From assembly GCA_963782055.1 (NCBI GenBank), contig CAWAIF010000003.1, positions 1,824,001 to 1,888,000 on the forward strand: a stretch of 64,000 nucleotides of DNA. Reading direction: 5' to 3'. Both the position numbers and the translations under genes were made by a program. Every line of letters begins with the position of its first letter. Positions within the stretch are counted from its first letter, which is position 1. Source of the stretch: an uncultured delta proteobacterium. Lineage in GTDB: Bacteria; Myxococcota_A; Polyangia; Polyangiales; Polyangiaceae. Positions 38,384-53,167 of this stretch are shown piece after piece. The notes beneath the pieces are model-generated. The model ran no database searches. It saw nothing but the letters and a program-made list of their open reading frames with translations, and was not told the origin of the DNA.

Positions 38384-41071
38384 ATGCTGGAGCATCCGTC
38401 CCTGGGCACGCCGACGCCCAAGCCCGCGAAGTTTCCGCCGCCCGCGCCCGGCAAGAAGCCGAGGATGCCGCGGCTGGAAGCAGCCAAGTTTCCGCCCGAT
38501 GACGACGATCTGCCCGCCGGGCCGCCCGGCGGCATGCCGATGGGCGGGCCCTACGGCGGCGACGACGGCAACTTCAAGCGAGGGGCCACCAAGCCCATCC
38601 TGATCGTCGTCGGCCTCCTGATCGCGATCGGCGCCGTGGTGCTGGCGATCTTCGCGGCCAAGGGCGAGTCGGAGAAGATGACGGTCGACCAGATCGCCAA
38701 CGAGCGAAAGGCGATCGCCCTGCTCCCGAAGGCGGAGCAGATGCCCAAGTGGCGCGCGTGGGCCGCCCGCGACGACGCCGAGCCGCTGCAGGAGGACGCC
38801 TTCGCCAACCTGGCCTGGGCGAAGGACAAGCCGGGTCTGAAGATCATCATCGACAAGGGCCTCGCCTCCAACGACCACCGCGTGCGTGCGCGCGCCGCCC
38901 AGGCGATCGCCGAGTACGGCTCGCCGATGGCGGACGCCGCCAAGCCCGCGCTGCTCAAGGACCTGAAGGACGCCGACTCCACCGACAAGCCGCACATCTG
39001 CTGGGCGCTCGCCGTCCTGAAGGAGCCCACCGCCTTCGACGAGGTGCTCAAGGAGTACCGGGTCGGTCACCTGGCCTCCATCCAGCGACTGGACGGCTTC
39101 CCCGCGTTCGACCCCGAGGTGCTCGCCGGGATGGTCTCCCTCGACAAGCTGGCGAGCTACGCCAACGACCCGAGCGACGCCGTGCGGCAGCTCATCGCCA
39201 CCATCCTCTCCAAGACGGGCGACGCCCAGTGGACGAGCACCCTCACCAAGCTGGTGCAGGACAAGCAGGTGGAGGTCGCGCGCGAGGCGGCCGTCGGTCT
39301 GGGCAAGATCGCCAACGAGCAGTCCATCGCGCCGCTGCTGGCCGCGCTCAACCGCGCGGACAAGGACTCCCGCCCCAAGTTCCTCGAGGCACTGCGTGAC
39401 GGCGTCGGCGCCACCGGGCTCGTCCTGGCGCTCCGCAGCGTGCAGCCGGGCCACGAGTTCTACCAGACCAAGCAGATCTTCGACATGCTCAAGGAGCTGG
39501 AGGATCCCCGCGGCGGCGACGCGCTGGTGAAGTACCTCGACACGCCGGGCATCCACCCGCACTGGAAGACGGAGGCCGCGCTGCGTCTCGCCGAGATCGG
39601 CGACCCGCGCGCGGTGCCCTTCCTCGCGTGGCGCCTCGCCCAGGACCCGGTGAAACTCTACGGCAAGGACCCGAAGGAGGAGATCCAGATGATGGCTCGC
39701 GACGACAACGAGCGCGTCGTCGCGGCCCGCATGCTGGCGGACCTCGCCATCCTCTACCCGGCCAAGCGGCCGGAGTTCCTGACCGAGGCCGAGGACGCGA
39801 CGATGGGCTGGGCGACGTCGCACCCGCAGCCGCACGCCAACGCGCTGCGCTTCCTGGCCGCCGCCGGGTCGACGAAGGTCCTGCCCGATCTGCGCAAGTG
39901 GGCCAACCCGTCGGACCCGCTCCCCAAGGAGGGTCAGCAGGACTTCCCGCAGTCGTGGGCGACGGCGCAGAGCGCGCTGCGCTACATCGGCTGGATGCAG
40001 GACGAGCAGAGCTGGTCGCTCCTGGAGCGGCAGCTCCACCGCCGCCCGCCGAAGGTGGACGCCACGATGTCCTCGCTCCAGCAGGGCGGCCTCGCCGTGC
40101 TCGGCATGACGCTGCGCGCCCTCGGCGTCGGCGCCTCCGATGGCTTCGCCCAGTGGGGGAGTGACAAGGCCTACCCCGACCTGGTCAAGTACATCGAGGA
40201 CCCGATGGAGAACGAGCAGGCCCGCTACGAGGCGTGCTTCGCGCTCTCCTGGGTCGCAAACGACGACCAGATGAAGGAGGTCGTGAAGAAGGTCCACGAC
40301 TTCAACAAGCCCGACCCGGCCAGCCAGCTGGTGCGCAGCTGTTACCTGGAGTCCCTCATCCACCGGCCGGTGCCCGCCGCCAACAGCGGGCTGGTCGATC
40401 TCATCACAGCGGAGGCCGACCCGCAGGTGGCCAAGCAGGCCGCGCGCGCCATCGGCTTCGGGGGCGTGGACCAGAGCGTCGTCCCCAAGCTGATGGACAT
40501 GCTGAAGGACAACTCGCTGCGCAACTACGCGATGCTCGCGCTGCTCATCGGCGCGGACCCCGACACCACGTCGCGCGCGCTGGCCACCTACAACGACGCC
40601 CCGCCGGAGGCGATGGAGGAGCTCAAGAGCTTCTACGATCAGAGCTTCGGCTACTGGAGCGACAAGAACTACGAGAACGGCGACGTCGCCCGGTGGATCG
40701 CCAACGCGGAGGCTTGCCGCCACGTGAAGGTGAAGAACGTGCTGCAGGACTGGCCGAGCATGATCCTCAAGCGGGCCATCCAGGGGATCGAGTTCGACAA
40801 CGGGCCGCACTCGATCACGCGCGTGCAGTTCCGCGTGCGCCTCATCGCCGACGCCAAGGGGCAGGACGCCAAGAAGCGCGAGGACGCGGTGGCGATCCTC
40901 AAGTTCATGCGCGAAAAGGGCGTGCTGATGGCGCTGCGCACCCAGCCGCCGCCGCTGGGCGAGCTCGCGCGCAAGGCCTTCTTCGAGGTCATGAACCCCA
41001 AGCTCACCGACCAGAGCATCCCCGAGTCGCAGAAGGCCGCGAGCGGCGGCAACGTGCTCCCGCCTCCGTGA
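38384..41071 (+). CDS. Membrane-anchored HEAT-repeat protein
   Basis: RBS GAGGAG; Pro-rich N-terminus; one TM helix; VRARAAQAIA, VAREAAVGLGKI and EAALRLAEIGDPRAVP repeats. Confidence 0.85.
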   Translation: MLEHPSLGTPTPKPAKFPPPAPGKKPRMPRLEAAKFPPDDDDLPAGPPGGMPMGGPYGGDDGNFKRGATKPILIVVGLLIAIGAVVLAIFAAKGESEKMTVDQIANERKAIALLPKAEQMPKWRAWAARDDAEPLQEDAFANLAWAKDKPGLKIIIDKGLASNDHRVRARAAQAIAEYGSPMADAAKPALLKDLKDADSTDKPHICWALAVLKEPTAFDEVLKEYRVGHLASIQRLDGFPAFDPEVLAGMVSLDKLASYANDPSDAVRQLIATILSKTGDAQWTSTLTKLVQDKQVEVAREAAVGLGKIANEQSIAPLLAALNRADKDSRPKFLEALRDGVGATGLVLALRSVQPGHEFYQTKQIFDMLKELEDPRGGDALVKYLDTPGIHPHWKTEAALRLAEIGDPRAVPFLAWRLAQDPVKLYGKDPKEEIQMMARDDNERVVAARMLADLAILYPAKRPEFLTEAEDATMGWATSHPQPHANALRFLAAAGSTKVLPDLRKWANPSDPLPKEGQQDFPQSWATAQSALRYIGWMQDEQSWSLLERQLHRRPPKVDATMSSLQQGGLAVLGMTLRALGVGASDGFAQWGSDKAYPDLVKYIEDPMENEQARYEACFALSWVANDDQMKEVVKKVHDFNKPDPASQLVRSCYLESLIHRPVPAANSGLVDLITAEADPQVAKQAARAIGFGGVDQSVVPKLMDMLKDNSLRNYAMLALLIGADPDTTSRALATYNDAPPEAMEELKSFYDQSFGYWSDKNYENGDVARWIANAEACRHVKVKNVLQDWPSMILKRAIQGIEFDNGPHSITRVQFRVRLIADAKGQDAKKREDAVAILKFMREKGVLMALRTQPPPLGELARKAFFEVMNPKLTDQSIPESQKAASGGNVLPPP

Positions 41072-41093
41072 GGGCACGTTCGGGTCGTCTCCG

Positions 41094-43235
41094 GTGAAGC
41101 GCTCCGTCCGCGGGCTGATGCTCGCCGCGCTGCTCGCGGGCGCGGCGTGCGGTCCGCCGCCGTCGCCAGAGCTCCCGCAGGGCGGCGCCGCGGCGGCGGA
41201 CCCGTACGCCGGCCTGGAGGCGCACGCCCGGGCGCGCGACGCCGAGGGCGAGCGCCTCACCGCCCTGGCGCTGGCGTCCGGCGACGCGGCGTCACGGGCG
41301 CGCGGCATGGCGGCGGCGCTGGACTACCGGACCTCGCCGCCCAAGGCCGTCCACACCGCGCTCCTCGCGCTGCTCGGCCGCTCGCAGGGGGACGAGCGGG
41401 CCGCGGCGGTCTGGGTGCTGCTCGCCGGTGGGGACGATGCGGTGCTGGCGCAGGCGCTGGAGGAGTACGCTCAGGGACGGCTGCAGCGGGTGACGCTGCC
41501 GGGTCGCGCGCACCTCTACGACGCGGTGGTGCTGGCGAAGACCGTGGCCGGCCTCCCCTGGCCCGAGCCGAAGGACGCCGTCCGCGAGCGCGTCCTGGTG
41601 GAGGCGCTGCCCGCCGCGGACCCGACGACACGCGGGATGCTGCTGCAGGCGCTCGAGGAGGCGGAGGGTGGCTCCGGCCTGGTCGCCGCCATCGGCGGGC
41701 TCGCCCGCGCGCCGCGCGCGGTGCAGGTCGTCTTCGCGCGGCTGCGCGACGCGCCGGACCCGCGCGCGGCCGACGCCCTCGCCGCGTACCTGGCCTCCGG
41801 GCCGCCCCCGCATTTCCGGACGGAGGCGGCGCTGCGCCTGGCCGAGCTGGGGGATCTGCGCGCGGTCCCGCACCTCGCGTGGCGCCTGCGGCAGGAGCCG
41901 GCGACGCTGTACCCGAAGGGCGGCGACTTCCCGGAGCTGGCGCGCAACGACAACGAGCGCGTGGCCTGCGCGCGGATGCTGGTGGACCTCGCGGCGCTGC
42001 ACCCGGAGGCGCTCGCGTCCCTGCGCGCGCAGGCGGAGGACGCGGTGCTCGCGTGGGCGACCGGGCGGTCGGAGCCTCACGCCAACGCGCTTCGCTTCCT
42101 CGCCGCGGTCGGGTCGACGAGCGCGCTGCCCTCGCTGCGCCGCTGGGCGGACCCGCCGACGCCGCTGCCCGCGCCGGGGGCCGTGCCGTTCCCCCCGGAG
42201 TTCTTCGTCGCGCAGTCGGCGCTCCAATCGCTGGGTCGCACGCGCGATCCGGGGGCCTGGGCGGTGCTGCAGAAGCAGCTCTTCCGGCGCCCGGCGAGCG
42301 TGGACGGGTCCATGGACGCGCTGATGCGAGGCGGGCAAGCGGTGCCGGGGATGGCCCTGCGCGCCCTCGCCTTCGGTGCGGCCGACGGCTTCGCCGAGTG
42401 GGGGGACTCGCGGGCGTTCCCGCTGCTGGTCAAGTACGTGCAGGATGCACGCAACAACGAGGAGTCGCGCCTGGAGGCGTGCCGGGCCATCGCGTGGGTG
42501 GCGACGGACGCGCAGCGCAGGAGCGTGGTCACGAAGGCCATGGCGGTGCGCGGCGCGTCGCCGAAGGCGGGGGTGCTCCGCGCGTGCTGGCTGGAGGCGC
42601 TCGCCGAGCGGCCTGTCGCGGCGGTGAACGCGGGTCTGCTGGGCATGCTCTCCGCGCACGTGCCGCCGGAGGCGCATCACGCCGCGGCGCGCGCGCTGGG
42701 CCGGGGCGGGCTGGATCCGTCGATCGAGGGCAAGGTGAGGGACGCGCTGAAGGACAAGGCGCGACGGCACGACGCGGCGCTCGCGCTGCTGCTGGGCGGG
42801 TCGGACGACGACGTCGCCGAGGCCCTCGGCGCCTACGAGACCGCGACCGCGGCTCAGGGCCTGCGGCAGCTCTACTTCCGGAGCATCTCGGCCGTGACCG
42901 ACGACGACCTCGCCTCCGGCAACGTGGCCCGCTGGGCCGCGCGCGCCGACGCCGCGCGTCGGGTGCGGGTTCGCGGCGTGCCGCAGGACTGGGTGTGGGG
43001 CGTGCTCGGGCAGGCGCTCCGCGACACGCAGTTCGACAGCGGCCCGCACACCCTCACGCGCACCGTCCTGCGCGCGCGCCTGCTCGCCGACGCGCGCGGC
43101 GCCGACGCGGCCAGGCGCGACGACGCCCTGCGCCTGCTCGCGCTGCTGGGCGAGCGCGGGGTGATGGCCGCGCTGGCGGCGGAGGACGACCCGCTCGGCG
43201 CCGCCGCGCGCGCGCGGCTGGAGGAGGCGCGATGA
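41094..43235 (+). CDS. HEAT-repeat lipoprotein, paralog of the upstream gene
   Basis: Lipobox GAAC; shares TEAALRLAE.GD.RAVP.LAWRL, DNERV..ARML.DLA, PHANALRFLAA.GST and FD.GPH with 38384-41071. Confidence 0.85.
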   Translation: MKRSVRGLMLAALLAGAACGPPPSPELPQGGAAAADPYAGLEAHARARDAEGERLTALALASGDAASRARGMAAALDYRTSPPKAVHTALLALLGRSQGDERAAAVWVLLAGGDDAVLAQALEEYAQGRLQRVTLPGRAHLYDAVVLAKTVAGLPWPEPKDAVRERVLVEALPAADPTTRGMLLQALEEAEGGSGLVAAIGGLARAPRAVQVVFARLRDAPDPRAADALAAYLASGPPPHFRTEAALRLAELGDLRAVPHLAWRLRQEPATLYPKGGDFPELARNDNERVACARMLVDLAALHPEALASLRAQAEDAVLAWATGRSEPHANALRFLAAVGSTSALPSLRRWADPPTPLPAPGAVPFPPEFFVAQSALQSLGRTRDPGAWAVLQKQLFRRPASVDGSMDALMRGGQAVPGMALRALAFGAADGFAEWGDSRAFPLLVKYVQDARNNEESRLEACRAIAWVATDAQRRSVVTKAMAVRGASPKAGVLRACWLEALAERPVAAVNAGLLGMLSAHVPPEAHHAAARALGRGGLDPSIEGKVRDALKDKARRHDAALALLLGGSDDDVAEALGAYETATAAQGLRQLYFRSISAVTDDDLASGNVARWAARADAARRVRVRGVPQDWVWGVLGQALRDTQFDSGPHTLTRTVLRARLLADARGADAARRDDALRLLALLGERGVMAALAAEDDPLGAAARARLEEAR

Positions 43236-43807
43236 GGCCGGCGCGCCTGGCGGTGTTCGGGCTGGCGCTCGTCGCCTGCGGGCCGGCGCCCGCGCCGAAG
43301 TCCTCGGCGAACATCGCGGTGTCGCGCATCGACGCGCCACCCGGCGTGACCCTCGAGCAGGCCTGCACCCCGACCGGCCCCGAGCTGTGCTTCAACGCGG
43401 CGGACGACAACTGCAACGGCATCATCGACGAGGGGTGCGGCGTCCGCACCGGCGCGCTGCAGTTCGCCATCGCGTGGGGCGACAGCCCCGCCGACGTCGA
43501 CCTGCGCGTGACCGACCCGGACGGCGCCACCATCGACTCCTCCAGGCCGGGGCAGCCCGACGGCCTGCACCTCGACCGCGACTGCCCGAAGGACGACTGC
43601 CACGGGCAGAACGAGGAGAACATCCTGTTCGAGGGCGTGGACCCGCCGCGCGGGCGCTACGTGGTCGACGTGGTGCTCGCCGAGACGCACGGCGCGGCGC
43701 TGCCCGTCTCGGTGACGCTCGGGGCACGCATCGGCAACCGCTCCTACCGCGCGGACCTGGTGCTCGAGAAGCGCGACGACAAGAAGAGCTTCGCCTTCAC
43801 CCTGTGA
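43232..43807 (+). CDS. Lipoprotein with a MopE-like Cys motif and a YfaP/DUF2135-like domain
   Basis: LVAC lipobox; ELCFNAADDNCNGIIDEG; W..ADVDLRVTDPDG..LDRD..EENI; ATGA overlap. Confidence 0.75.
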   Translation: MRPARLAVFGLALVACGPAPAPKSSANIAVSRIDAPPGVTLEQACTPTGPELCFNAADDNCNGIIDEGCGVRTGALQFAIAWGDSPADVDLRVTDPDGATIDSSRPGQPDGLHLDRDCPKDDCHGQNEENILFEGVDPPRGRYVVDVVLAETHGAALPVSVTLGARIGNRSYRADLVLEKRDDKKSFAFTL

Positions 43808-43810
43808 GCG

Positions 43811-44407
43811 TCAGCCGGCTGCCGAGTCGGGGCCGGCGTCGCCGGTGCCCCAACGCGCCTTGAAGAAGCACTCGTCCTGCTGGCGCGCCCGGCAGCGCGG
43901 GTGCTCGATGAGCACGTTCTTCGCGCCGACGAGCTCCATCAGCCGGGTGAGGTAGCCCACGAGCTCGCGGCAGAGGGCCTCGTCCACGCAACCCCAGCCC
44001 TCCAGCGTGCCGGAGAGCCTCGTCGGCGACTCGCGCGTGAGCTTCCACTCGCCGGTGTCGTGGAAGCGGCGCCAGTACTCGCCCGTCTTCTCGACCACGA
44101 TGGCCGGGTTCATGATGCGCAAGAACACGCGGTGGATGAGGGTGAGGTCGCGCTCCGCCTCGAACCGCCCGAGCTGCACCACGAGCGCCATGTCGCCGTA
44201 CCCGTGCGCCTCCTCGAGGGCGTTGATGAGGCGGGCGTAGAGCGCCAGCGAGTACCAGCCGATGGTGACGACCGAAGGCAGGACCTCGCGGTCCGCCGGC
44301 GTGAGTCGCTCGAGGACGGCGTCGTAGCCCTCCTGCCCGAAGCGCTGGATCGTGAACGCCTTCACGTTCACGAAGCTGATGCCCTTGGTGAGTGCCTCCC
44401 CGTCCAT
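43811..44407 (-). CDS. Myxobacterial DUF2378/V4R-like hypothetical protein
   Basis: KG..F...RFG.EGYDAVL..L...GWY; C-terminal HPRCRARQQDECFFKARW. Confidence 0.65.
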   Translation of the reverse strand: MDGEALTKGISFVNVKAFTIQRFGQEGYDAVLERLTPADREVLPSVVTIGWYSLALYARLINALEEAHGYGDMALVVQLGRFEAERDLTLIHRVFLRIMNPAIVVEKTGEYWRRFHDTGEWKLTRESPTRLSGTLEGWGCVDEALCRELVGYLTRLMELVGAKNVLIEHPRCRARQQDECFFKARWGTGDAGPDSAAG

Positions 44408-44472
44408 TGGTGAACCAGCTCCTTCAGGTCGCACCGCCCGACGTGCAGCGGGCAGCCCGTGCCAGGCTAGAT

Positions 44473-44500
44473 TTGACGCGAAGCGGCGTCACCCTATAAA
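44473..44500 (+). promoter_or_regulatory. Sigma70-like promoter for the Fe-S oxidoreductase
   Basis: TTGACG-N16-TATAAA, ~50 nt upstream of ATG 44551. Confidence 0.6.
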
Positions 44501-44550
44501 AGGCCTATCTTCGTTGGCCGGCGCCGCCCGTCGTGGCGCCTCGGAGGAAC

Positions 44551-46875
<2,325 letters not shown>

Positions 46876-46923
46876 CCTCGGGGGGGTTTACTTCGGCGCC
46901 CGGTTTGCAGCTATCCTCGGGGA

Positions 46924-47406
46924 ATGATGCCTCCGGGGGACCCTTCGCGGAGACCGTTCCCGCCGCCGCAGGAGCCGGGTCCTGGGTCGCCGGTCTTCGC
47001 CTTCGGCCCCCCGCCACGGCCTCCGCCCAAGCAGCTCCCCACCTCGCTCAAGGCGATCCTGTACCTGAAGGGCGCGGGCGCGATCGTCGGCATACTGCTG
47101 TCGATGGTCGCCTTCATGACCCTCGGAAAGATCGCCACCGAGACGACTTACCTGGAGCACGACCAGTCGGTGAAGATGGGGAGGTTGCTGCTCTTCGCGG
47201 CGGCGGTGTCCTTCGTGCAGCTCGTGGGCGTGTGGGCGACCTTCAACTTCAAGAAGTGGGGCGTGCTCACCATCCTCGCCTTCTCGCTGCTCAACGTGCT
47301 CGTGCGCGTGCGGGCGGGCGGGGGCTCCATCTTCGTGACGAGCTCCGTCCTGGTGACGGTCGCTCTCGCCGCCCTCGTCTTCCCGCGCTGGGCGGACTTC
47401 GAGTAA
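46924..47406 (+). CDS. Hypothetical membrane protein (~4 TM)
   Basis: Pro-rich N-terminus followed by hydrophobic segments. Confidence 0.65.
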   Translation: MMPPGDPSRRPFPPPQEPGPGSPVFAFGPPPRPPPKQLPTSLKAILYLKGAGAIVGILLSMVAFMTLGKIATETTYLEHDQSVKMGRLLLFAAAVSFVQLVGVWATFNFKKWGVLTILAFSLLNVLVRVRAGGGSIFVTSSVLVTVALAALVFPRWADFE

Positions 47407-47425
47407 GGCGCTATACCTAGCGGCG

Positions 47426-47612
47426 ATGGCGACCTGCCCGATCTGCCGCCGCAGCGCGGCGCCTCGCACGGACAACGCGGCCTTCCCCTTCTGCAGCCCA
47501 CGCTGCCGTCAGAATCGACCTCGGCAAGTGGCTGAGCGAGGACTACCGCATCTCGTCGCCGGCGCTCGGCGACGAGACGACACCGGCGACGACGAGCGAG
47601 GAGCCGTCGTGA
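47426..47612 (+). pseudogene. yacG: DNA gyrase inhibitor YacG, frameshifted by one extra base at ~47513 (real lesion or sequencing error)
   Basis: MATCPIC...FPFCSPRCRQ continues in the +1 frame as IDLGKWLSEDYRISSP...*; removing one A restores a 61-aa YacG. Confidence 0.85.
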
Positions 47613-48481
47613 CGCCCGGTCGCTTCGCGGCGGGCGCGGCGTTCGCCGCGGTGCTCGTGGCCGCGCCCGCGCTCGCGCAGACCACGCCGCCGCCGGGCGG
47701 CTACGGGCAGCCGACCTACGGCCAGCCGACCGGGCAGCCAGGCTATGGCCAGCCGCCGCCGGGTGGGCTCGCCCCGCCGCCGCCCATCGCGTCCACCGCG
47801 CCGGGCTCGCCCACAGCGCCCCCGCCGGGCTCCGGCACCGCCACCACCCAGAAGCTGAACGAGGCGCAGAAGAAGGACAGCGGGCGCGGGCTGGAGTGGG
47901 TCTACGCCGACGCCGAGGCCGGCTTCGCGTATGCGTCGCTCGGCTCGCTCTCCAACAACCTCTCCATCCAGCGCACCGACAACTCCGGCCCGATGCTCGG
48001 CGCGGCGGCCGGCGTGCGGCTGCTCGTCTTCACGCTGGGCGCGCGCTTTCGCTACCAGCTCCTGGACAGCTTCAACTTCTGGCAGCTCAACGCCGTCGTG
48101 GGGGTCCACGTCCCGCTCGGCCACTGGGACCCCTACGTGGCGATCCACGGCGGCTACTCGGCGATCGGGACGCTGGACTCCAGCGTGGTCGACATCAAGA
48201 ACCTGGCGAGCGGCGCCACCTCCAGCGACATCTCCGTCCACGGCGGCAACGTCGGGCTCTCCGGCGGGGTGGACTACTACTTCGTCCGCTTCCTCTCGCT
48301 CGGGGTGGACGGCAGCTTCGAGTTCCTCTTCCTGAAGCGCGATCCGCTGCCCATGCCGGCGGGCTGCGCGGCCACGCCGGCTTGCCAGGCGGCGGTCGCC
48401 AGCAACCCGCTTTACCAGAAGTCGGGCGACTCGGTCGGCATGGGCCTCAGCGTCTCGTTGCACCTCGGGCTGCACATTTGA
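47609..48481 (+). CDS. Putative outer-membrane beta-barrel protein with a Pro/Gly/Gln-rich N-terminus
   Basis: GTG overlaps the restored yacG stop; signal peptide ALA|Q; YGQP repeats; beta-strand pattern. Confidence 0.75.
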   Translation: MTPGRFAAGAAFAAVLVAAPALAQTTPPPGGYGQPTYGQPTGQPGYGQPPPGGLAPPPPIASTAPGSPTAPPPGSGTATTQKLNEAQKKDSGRGLEWVYADAEAGFAYASLGSLSNNLSIQRTDNSGPMLGAAAGVRLLVFTLGARFRYQLLDSFNFWQLNAVVGVHVPLGHWDPYVAIHGGYSAIGTLDSSVVDIKNLASGATSSDISVHGGNVGLSGGVDYYFVRFLSLGVDGSFEFLFLKRDPLPMPAGCAATPACQAAVASNPLYQKSGDSVGMGLSVSLHLGLHI

Positions 48482-48489
48482 CGGGTCGC

Positions 48490-48537
48490 GAGGGGCGGCA
48501 CGCGCCGTCCCTCCCCGGCCCTCCGCTGCGCGTCGGG
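48490..48537 (+). repeat. Dispersed intergenic repeat, copy 2
   Basis: Matches the reverse complement of three blocks in 35567-35656. Confidence 0.65.
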
Positions 48538-48632
48538 CGCGGCGCGTCGCAGCAACCACGCTATACTGCGGCGGGGCGCGCGCGTTTTGCCGCCGATTGG
48601 GCCGGGGCGGGCGGCGGCGCTAAGCTCCGGGC

Positions 48633-49793
48633 GTGCTCGCCGTCCTCAGGTGGCTGCTCCCGTCGGTGGTGCCGGCGCTCGCGTTGCTGGTGCTGCTCTG
48701 GCGCACCGACCGCAACCGCGAGCCTCCGCTCGTCGTGCTGGGCACCTACGGCCTGGGGATCCTCTTCGGCGCCGCAGCCTTCTGGGTCACCGGCAAGGCC
48801 AGGACGGCCATGGGCCTGGACCTCAGCATCCACGCCGCCGGACAGGCAGGCGCCCTCGCCTTCGTCTTCGCCATCTACTCCCCGTTCGGTGAGTTCGCGA
48901 AGGTCGCCGCGACGTGGCCCGCCTTCCGCTCCAGGTACTTCGACGAGCCGTTCGACGGCGTCGTCTACGCGGGCAGCGCGGCGCTCGGCTTCGCCACGCT
49001 GGAGAGCGCGCGCATCCTGCTGCGTCATCCCACCGGCGGGGTGTGGATCGCGCGCGCCCTCCTCGCCCTGCCGGCGCACCTCTTCTTCGCCGCGCTCTGG
49101 GGCTGGGGCCTCGGCCGCGCGAAGCGATCACGCGAGCCGAGCAAGGCCTTCCCCACGCTCTTCGTCGTGGCGGTGATCGGCCACGGCTTCTACACGCACC
49201 TCATCTACGGGCGCGGCGCGGGCGCGATGCTGGCGGTCATCCCCATGCTGCTCGGCATGGCCGTGGTGGCCTTCTTCGTCGGGCGCGACCTGCGCAAGCG
49301 CAACACGCTCGACCGCCAGTCCAGCGTCACGCGCCTCTCGATGGTGGGGCTGGAGGCGGCGGCGCGCCCCTCCATCCAGGCGTTCCGCGAGGCGCTCCGC
49401 AGGCGCGAGCGCCCCCTCATGATCCGCTGGGTCGTCATGGCGGTCTTCGTCACCTTCGGCGCGATGGTGCTCGGGCTCGCCGCCTCGGTGGCGCTCGGCT
49501 TCTTCGCGCACGTGGACTTCTCGGTCGTCGACGAGCGCGACGTCAGCGCGTCGGCGCCGGTGGCGCTCTTCGTGGCCGGCCTGCTCGCCGCCTTCCCGCT
49601 GAGCGGGTATCTCATCGCCCGGGCCGCCTCCCTCCGCGGCATCGCCGAGCCCGCCGCCGGGAGCGCCATCGCCATCCTCGCCACCCTGGTGCTGCTCGGC
49701 CTCGTCGCGCCGGTCGCGCTGGTCTTCGCGCTCGCCCTCGCGCCCATCGCCTTCGGCCTCTCCTGCCTGGGCGCGCTCTTCGGCCGCGCCTGA
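48633..49793 (+). CDS. PrsW family intramembrane protease-like protein (degenerate motifs)
   Basis: DRNREP, FDEPFDGVVYA..ALGFATLES, PAH, HGFY; the EExxK motif reads GEFAK. Confidence 0.8.
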   Translation: MLAVLRWLLPSVVPALALLVLLWRTDRNREPPLVVLGTYGLGILFGAAAFWVTGKARTAMGLDLSIHAAGQAGALAFVFAIYSPFGEFAKVAATWPAFRSRYFDEPFDGVVYAGSAALGFATLESARILLRHPTGGVWIARALLALPAHLFFAALWGWGLGRAKRSREPSKAFPTLFVVAVIGHGFYTHLIYGRGAGAMLAVIPMLLGMAVVAFFVGRDLRKRNTLDRQSSVTRLSMVGLEAAARPSIQAFREALRRRERPLMIRWVVMAVFVTFGAMVLGLAASVALGFFAHVDFSVVDERDVSASAPVALFVAGLLAAFPLSGYLIARAASLRGIAEPAAGSAIAILATLVLLGLVAPVALVFALALAPIAFGLSCLGALFGRA

Positions 49794-49887
49794 GAGGGTG
49801 CGTTCGGCCTTTTTCACGGACTGATCGGATCGGAGGGCACGTAAAGGCGCCTTGGCGCCGGTGAGCCCCACGTGCCAAGATCGCGCC

Positions 49888-52031
<2,144 letters not shown>

Positions 52032-52035
<4 letters not shown>

Positions 52036-53141
52036 TAGCCCAAGAAAGCGCTCCCGATCCGGCCGAGCCGCAGGTGCTCTCCGGCGCCGACGTGCTCGTC
52101 GTCGACGACTTCCCCGACACCCTCGCCCTCTACGAAGCCCTGCTCACCGACGATGGCCACCGCGTGCGCACCGCCCGCAGCGGCGCCGAGGCGCTCGCCA
52201 AGGTCGAGGAGCGCGAGCCGGAGCTGGTGCTGCTCGACGTGTCCATGCCCGGTCTGGATGGCTACGAGGTCCTGCGCCGCCTGCGCGCCCGCCAGGGCGG
52301 GGGTCCGGCGGTGCTCATGCTCACCGCCGCGCGCCGGGAGCCGGCCGCCATCGAGCACGGACTGCGGCAGGGCGCGGATGCGTATCTGACCAAGCCCATC
52401 GAGGGGCGGGAGCTGCTCGCCCGGCTGCGCGGCGCGCTGGAGTCCTTCCGGCTGCGCCGCCTGCTGGAGGCGCAGCGCCGTGATCACGTGGCCATGCTGG
52501 TGCACGATCTCCGCCACCCGCTCGGGTCGCTGGGGCTCGTCGCCGAGATCCTGGGCGCGGACGACCTCTCCGGGGACGAGCGGCAGCAGGCGCTCGCGAC
52601 GATGCGGAGCCTCTGCGCGGACATGGCGCGGCTGGTCGACGGCGTGCTTGCCGCCAGCCGCCTGGAGGCGGGGGTCTTCACGGTGGACCCGCGCCCCACC
52701 ACCGTGCGCAACGTTGTCGGCCCCACGATCGACGCCTTCGCCTCGGTCGCCTCCCGCCGCCACATCACCTTCTCCTTCGAGGGCGAGCTGGGCGCTCCCC
52801 TCCACGCCGACCCCATCAAGCTGCGGCAGGCCATCGACAACCTCGTCGCCAACGCGCTGAAGTTCACGCCGCGCGGGGGCCACGTGCGGGTGGCCTTCCA
52901 GACCCACGAGGACTCGGTCTGCTTCGACGTCAGCGACAGCGGCCCCGGCATCCCGCCCTCCGAGCGGCAGGCCGTCTTCGACCGCTACCGCCAGGGGCGG
53001 AGCGGCCGGACCGCGGGAGGGGCAGGGCTGGGGCTGGCCATCGCCCTGGGCATCGCCAAGGCCCACGGGGGCACCGTCACCATCGGCGAGAGCGACTGGG
53101 GCGGCTCGAGCTTCCGCCTCAGCCTGCCCGTGCCCGCCTGA
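52032..53141 (+). CDS. Hybrid response regulator / histidine kinase
   Basis: VLVVDD, LLDVSMP, LTKP; HDLRHPL; NALKFT; DSGPGI; GLGLAI. Confidence 0.92.
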
Positions 53142-53167
53142 GCGCTCCGCCGCCCGCAGGACCGAGG

